Source: an uncultured Verrucomicrobiae bacterium (GTDB lineage Bacteria > Verrucomicrobiota > Verrucomicrobiia > Limisphaerales > Palsa-1400). Taken from it: a stretch of DNA of 64,000 nucleotides. The notes beneath the pieces are model-generated. The model had not been told where the DNA came from. It saw nothing but the letters and a program-made list of their open reading frames with translations, and did no database searches. The DNA lies in the NCBI GenBank assembly GCA_963764165.1, contig CAVXRD010000002.1, forward strand, positions 3,456,001 through 3,520,000. Direction: 5' to 3'. Shown in pieces: positions 59,178 to 64,000 of this stretch; the stretch's first letter is position 1; each line of letters starts with the position of its first letter. The translations under genes and the position numbers were made by a program.

Positions 59178-62100
59178 CCATTTCCATGTTCCAGCGGAAT
59201 CGGAACGCGAATTTCGACCTTTGTTCCCAATCCGGGCTCTGAATCAATCCGGCATTGCCCGCCCATCCGCGTGAGGCGTTCAGGAAGATTTCTTAAGCCG
59301 TGCCCGTCCGGCGCGGCCGAATCGGAATCGAATCCGCGCCCGTTGTCTTTGATCGAAATGCGGATCGCTTCCTGCTCGACTTCCAATTGGAACTCAACTT
59401 CCGCCGCATTGGAATGGCGAACGATATTGTGCAGCGTTTCTTTTACGGCGAGAAAGATGTCGTGGCGGAGCCGGCCGTCGAGAATCATGCCCGGGAGGGA
59501 AACGGGGATTTTGAAACGGCAGCTAATATTAGACGCGGCGAGATACTCTTCGGCGTAGCTGCTGAGGTAATCCGAGAGTGATTGCAGCGAGTTGGCTTCG
59601 GGATTTACCGCCCACACTATGACGTCCAGCGCGCTGACCAGAGTGCGGGCTTTTTCGGCGATGGCTTGGAAGAGCGTGGGCGGTAGCGCACCGGGTCCAG
59701 AGTCGCGCATTCCGCGGCTGGCCAGGGCGCGGATTTCCGTGAGGCTGGAACCAAGGTCGTCATGCAAATCGCGCGCGATGCGGGAGCGCTCCATTTCCAG
59801 CGCTCGCTCGCGTTCGGCGCGTTCGCGGCGCTCGTGCTCCTGTTCGAACAGGGCCGTGCGATGGGCAACCTGCCGCCGCAACTGTCCGATCCAGCCCGCG
59901 GCCACTAGCAGCACGCTGATGAGCGAGGCGACGATGTAAAATAATTTCTGGAGCGTCCACCATGGCGGGCGTTGAAGCACACGCAGATCGTCCATCGAGT
60001 TGAGCAGCAGCTCAAAACCCGCGGTGTCGCCAGTGCGCTCGCTGGGAATGGAAGAATAAACGCCGTCAAGACGAAGATTGCTACCCAGAGCCAGAGCTCG
60101 CGACAAGTCCGATTCGGATTCGATCCGGGCGCGGAATCTGCGCAAATCGGCCTGAAGCTCCAAAATCCACTCGGCGCCGGTTTTGTGGACGTCAAGCAGT
60201 CTGGCTTCCATTTCGACTAGCGTGGCGTCGGGTGATTTTCCGTTGCTCTTGAAGTTTTCCCATGGGGTCGGCGCTGGCAATGGCGCTGATCCAGTTTTTC
60301 GAACTTCCACTTCGTTTAGACGGGGAGATAACCCGCTTAATTCTGGAATGCCGACCACCTCCACCGTGTCACCCGGTTTCAGAGGCGTTGAGCCGGCGAG
60401 ATTGAAGCGAAGCCCCCTGCCGTCTTGCATCAGGAAAACTTCACCGCCATGCACGTGGACAATTTCCCCGGCGATTTTCACCCGCTCGAATCCGCTCGCA
60501 TTCAAGTCGAATAGCAAGAGGTCTGAAATCGTTTTCTGCGGCGCGGCAAAGGCGTCAAGCATCGGCAATTGCTCCACTTCGATGATGGGATTTCTGAAGC
60601 GGACTTCTCCAACGCGCACCTGCCGGGTTTTGGAGTCCCATTCCGCCAGGAGGCATCCGCGAATTCGCACGAGTGTGTTCAGCAAGGCTTTAAGCCTCGT
60701 CTCTCCAGTATTGTGGACGAGCACTTTGATTTTGCCGCCGTCGGTGAGCAGTGTGACGCAATTGCTTTCCACGCCGGTGATGACTCCGCGAATTTCCGAG
60801 TATTGGGAATCAAGGCTTCCGCTCATGAGTTGGTTCCAGCTTGGATGCGCGGGGGCTGGCAACTGGCCCTGGCCGAGCACGTGTATGGAATTGGCGGAGA
60901 TGGTAGGCGCGAAATCACCCACGGCGGTAACGCCTTGAATCTCCACAAAGTCTCCCGCCTGAAGTCCGTCTCGGTAAGTGGCGGGAAAACGGAAAAAAAC
61001 TCCGCGCGTCGCGTCCTGAATGACCCCCCCGCCCCATTCCACTGTGCAGGTGACGACGCCGCGAACCCGCACGGGATGCTGGCGGGCCGCTTCTTCCGCG
61101 CTCAATTGCTGCACTTGCGAAGCTGTGGTGAATTCCGAATTCCCCACCGGCGACTGGCCGCTCGGAGATAGCACTGTCAGATTTTCGCGGCCAAAGATGG
61201 AGAACACGCTGCCGGAACTTGTGTCGTTGGAACCGAATGCGCGCCTGCGCACGCCCGTGGCTCGCACATGCTTTCCCAACAGTTTATGGGTGGGAATACT
61301 CAACTCAGCCGGAACCCAAAGCGCGCTGGATTGGTTGCCGTCAACAATCACTAGATGCAATCCGTCGCGGTCGCGCCCTGCAAAAGCTACCAAGCCTTCA
61401 ACCATGCACCATCCGTCCGCCGAATTGGCAGAGGTCGAACCCACGGAAGCTGCGTTTGCCACCGGTGGTGCGTTGGAGGACCGCACTTCGATCCGCGGAG
61501 AAAATTGGCCAACGTAAAGTTCCGCGCCATCGTCGCAGCGGAGGTGGAAAATATATTCTCCATCGACTGGGATTTGAATCCTTCCGCTAAATTGCATCGC
61601 GACATAATCCAACGGACGCCGCAGGCTTATGTCGAAATTGGTCGCCACGCCGGAAAAGGTTGGTTCTGCATTTCGCAGGTCATCAAGCGTCGCGGGGGTG
61701 TCGGCATAACAAGAGTAGCGCACGCCTTGCTCGGAAATCGCCGATCCCGCGCCGGAGGATTGTTCATGTGACAATGCTGCGGACGGTATTTCCTGCTCGG
61801 GCAATCCTGGGCCTGAATACCTTAATTGAAGCACCGCCGGTTCCTCCGCGTTAAAGTAAAACACCCGGATCGGCTGCCAGCCGGCGGCCAGCCAGACGTG
61901 ATTGGAGGCTTCCGACACGGAATGAATTCCGCCGTTGTCGACCACAGGCGCAGCGGCGATGGCGATGTCGTTGGCTCGCCGGATCAATTCGCAATTGGCT
62001 GCCGCGACGTGAACGATTTCACCCGGATGGAACTGACGGCCTCCCATTTCGAGCGAACAAACTTCCGCCCCGGTTTGGTCACGCAGGGCCAGCAGTCCCG

Positions 62101-62305
62101 CATTTGTGTCGGCTGCGCACACAGTGGCCACCAAATCCACATCGCAGCGCGCTCGCTGGCGGGAGCGGATTTGCTCGCGCATTTCCGCCAGGGAGGAAAC
62201 TGCGGGCACAGCGGAGACGTTTGCGGCCATCGCCACGACGACGAGCAGCCAGGCCGCGCCGCGCGGCCGCAAAACCGCCGAGGCTATTTTCAAAACGCGC
62301 TCCAA
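59156..62305 (-). CDS. Sensor histidine kinase with large periplasmic PA14/OB-fold region
   Basis: PA14 motifs (FSGRIQIPVDGEYIFHLRCDDGAELY), PPWWT TM, ERSRIARDLHDDLG, DNGRGF, GHGL. Confidence 0.88.
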   Translation of the reverse strand: MERVLKIASAVLRPRGAAWLLVVVAMAANVSAVPAVSSLAEMREQIRSRQRARCDVDLVATVCAADTNAGLLALRDQTGAEVCSLEMGGRQFHPGEIVHVAAANCELIRRANDIAIAAAPVVDNGGIHSVSEASNHVWLAAGWQPIRVFYFNAEEPAVLQLRYSGPGLPEQEIPSAALSHEQSSGAGSAISEQGVRYSCYADTPATLDDLRNAEPTFSGVATNFDISLRRPLDYVAMQFSGRIQIPVDGEYIFHLRCDDGAELYVGQFSPRIEVRSSNAPPVANAASVGSTSANSADGWCMVEGLVAFAGRDRDGLHLVIVDGNQSSALWVPAELSIPTHKLLGKHVRATGVRRRAFGSNDTSSGSVFSIFGRENLTVLSPSGQSPVGNSEFTTASQVQQLSAEEAARQHPVRVRGVVTCTVEWGGGVIQDATRGVFFRFPATYRDGLQAGDFVEIQGVTAVGDFAPTISANSIHVLGQGQLPAPAHPSWNQLMSGSLDSQYSEIRGVITGVESNCVTLLTDGGKIKVLVHNTGETRLKALLNTLVRIRGCLLAEWDSKTRQVRVGEVRFRNPIIEVEQLPMLDAFAAPQKTISDLLLFDLNASGFERVKIAGEIVHVHGGEVFLMQDGRGLRFNLAGSTPLKPGDTVEVVGIPELSGLSPRLNEVEVRKTGSAPLPAPTPWENFKSNGKSPDATLVEMEARLLDVHKTGAEWILELQADLRRFRARIESESDLSRALALGSNLRLDGVYSSIPSERTGDTAGFELLLNSMDDLRVLQRPPWWTLQKLFYIVASLISVLLVAAGWIGQLRRQVAHRTALFEQEHERRERAERERALEMERSRIARDLHDDLGSSLTEIRALASRGMRDSGPGALPPTLFQAIAEKARTLVSALDVIVWAVNPEANSLQSLSDYLSSYAEEYLAASNISCRFKIPVSLPGMILDGRLRHDIFLAVKETLHNIVRHSNAAEVEFQLEVEQEAIRISIKDNGRGFDSDSAAPDGHGLRNLPERLTRMGGQCRIDSEPGLGTKVEIRVPIPLEHGNGPQMNAD

Positions 62306-62411
62306 GGGTTTCCTTTAAATGTTCCCATTCATTCCGGCAATTGGGCATCGGACGAACGTCGTATTGCGGAGCATCGGGGGGAAATCGTAGCTTTTCCTTA
62401 AGTCCAAATCT

Positions 62412-63263
62412 ATGCAATTCAAACGAAATCCTTGTCCTTTTGTCTTCAGGATTCCGACCTTGCGACTCGCGCGGGAACGAAACAAGGAGGGTTTCACGTT
62501 GATCGAGCTGCTGGTGGTCATCGCCATTATTGCCATTCTCGCCTCATTGCTGCTGCCGGCGCTCGCGGCGTCAAAATTCCGCGCGAAGGTGACCAACTGC
62601 TCCTCCAACTACAGGCAATGGGCCGTCATGGCCAACCTCTATGCGTCCGACGATTCAAAGGGGCGCATGCCAAGTTTGCCCGCGCCGGAGTCCGGCGGAA
62701 ACCCCACGGACGTGGCGACGAATTTTCTCAGCACAGTGAAAGCCTTCAATTTCACCGTGCCCATGTTCTTTTGCCCCGTGCGGCCACACGATTTGGACGT
62801 CGCCAATGCCTGGTTCTACCAGAATGGCGTGCCGGCGCATCAGTCCATCCAGACGGTCGACGAGCTTAATCAATATTTCACTTCACCGAGCGGGCGTTCC
62901 GTCAACGGCGATTACGGCAAGCTGTTCCACGATTGGTGGGTGCCGCGCTCGACGACGTTATACAGCGACGCGATGTTCCCGGTGCCGGGAGGCGTGGGAC
63001 AATTGACGCCCGTTGGCGCTTACCCGTGGCCATTGAAAATCTCGGATCCTGGCGCGTCGCGCCAACCGATCATTTCCGATCTGGCGGAGAGCAACGGCTC
63101 GACAAATGTATCATCGATTCCGACCACCGAAGCGCATTTTATGAACAACCAGCTTTCTTCCATCAATTGCGGTTATGCGGATGGCCGCGTGGAGACCCAC
63201 AGCAAATCAAAAATCACGTGGCAATTCAGCGGCAACAACGATCAGGAAAGCTACTTTTACTGA
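62412..63263 (+). CDS. Prepilin-type N-terminal cleavage/methylation protein with H-X9-DG-type C-terminus
   Basis: [27 protein letters not shown]...[11 protein letters not shown]. Confidence 0.9.
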   Translation: MQFKRNPCPFVFRIPTLRLARERNKEGFTLIELLVVIAIIAILASLLLPALAASKFRAKVTNCSSNYRQWAVMANLYASDDSKGRMPSLPAPESGGNPTDVATNFLSTVKAFNFTVPMFFCPVRPHDLDVANAWFYQNGVPAHQSIQTVDELNQYFTSPSGRSVNGDYGKLFHDWWVPRSTTLYSDAMFPVPGGVGQLTPVGAYPWPLKISDPGASRQPIISDLAESNGSTNVSSIPTTEAHFMNNQLSSINCGYADGRVETHSKSKITWQFSGNNDQESYFY

Positions 63264-63268
63264 AGCAT

Positions 63269-64000
63269 TATTGATCTCTGCATAATATAGTGACACATTA
63301 TTGTTTTTATGCTAATTTTTGGGTATGGGAAATCCTAAAGGCGTAAAACGCGATTTGGCGCAGTTTGCACAACTGGAACGGCGGCGCATGAAAGCCGTCA
63401 AACTTTTCGACCGAGGCTTGAGCCAGGCCGAGGTCGCCCGCCAAGTTGGCGTCCACCGGCAATCGGTCAGCCGCTGGCATAAGGCTTGGCAGGACCATGG
63501 CGCGCCCTCTCTCAAAAAGGCTGGGCGAGCCGGGCGCAAGCCCCGCCTGACCGACGAGAACTTCCGCCAGTTGGAACGGGCCCTCAAACAGGGACCCGAA
63601 GCCCATGACTTTGGCACCCAGCTTTGGACCACCCGGCGGGTGGCCGCCGTTATCCAACGGTTGACGGGCGTCCAATACCACGAGGACCATGTTTGCCGGC
63701 TTCTGCAAAAGCTGGGTTGGAGCTGCCAGCGGCCCACCACCCAGGCTCGGCAGCGCCATGAGCGGGAGATCACCCGCTGGCGCAAAGTGCGCTGGCCGCA
63801 GCTTAAAAAAAAGCCCTCCGCGAGAGGCGAATCGTGGTTTTCATCGACGAGAGCGGATTGAGCCAGAAGCCGCACCGGGTTCGCACTTGGGCGCCGCGCG
63901 GCCAGACCCCGGTATTGCAGTTCGACTTCAACTGGAAAAAGCTTTCGATCATCGCCGGGGTGACGGTCTGGAACTTTTACTTCCGGCTTTACCCCGGCAC
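63269..64000 (+). mobile_element. IS630-family element (truncated by window end); transposase in two frames
   Basis: HTH ORF 63319-63861; second frame KKALRERRIVVFIDESGL...RTWAPRGQTP; A8G slippery site at 63805-63813; probable left end TA-TTGATCTCTGCATAAT. Confidence 0.88.

Noticed and set aside
1..64000. tRNA, rRNA, integrase or prophage genes
   Set aside because: None recognised by eye; tRNAscan/Infernal would be needed to exclude them

Overview
GC-rich bacterial chromosomal window, most consistent with Verrucomicrobiota of the Pedosphaera/Limisphaerales type (inferred from a GloVer-repeat protein, a prepilin/H-X9-DG protein, a PA14 sensor kinase and large secreted proteins ending in an F/Y-Y/F-R tail). 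Housekeeping genes (gltX, dxr, hisB, asd, cysteine desulfurase) alternate with efflux operons (ABC/HlyD, CzcCBA-like RND), carbohydrate genes (GH29, GH1, GH3, GPH transporter, xylA), two-component and ECF regulators, toxin-antitoxin modules, an IS4 inserted in a REP hairpin and a truncated IS630. The strongest candidate for a new system is a lower-GC two-gene operon between dxr and hisB (12052-16228, minus strand). It encodes a 2x cold-shock/TPR/degenerate nuclease-fold/STAND-ATPase protein overlapping a second STAND-like ATPase with a C-terminal TIR domain. The operon sits next to an hsdS remnant and is bracketed by 64-bp REP direct repeats. The window also holds several unannotated dispersed DNA elements, a PlcP-like/glycosyltransferase/GH1 operon with a Pho-box-like site, a shared C-terminal sorting-like domain, and Thr-Asn enrichment in exported proteins. 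All calls come from reading the sequence by eye; no database searches were run.
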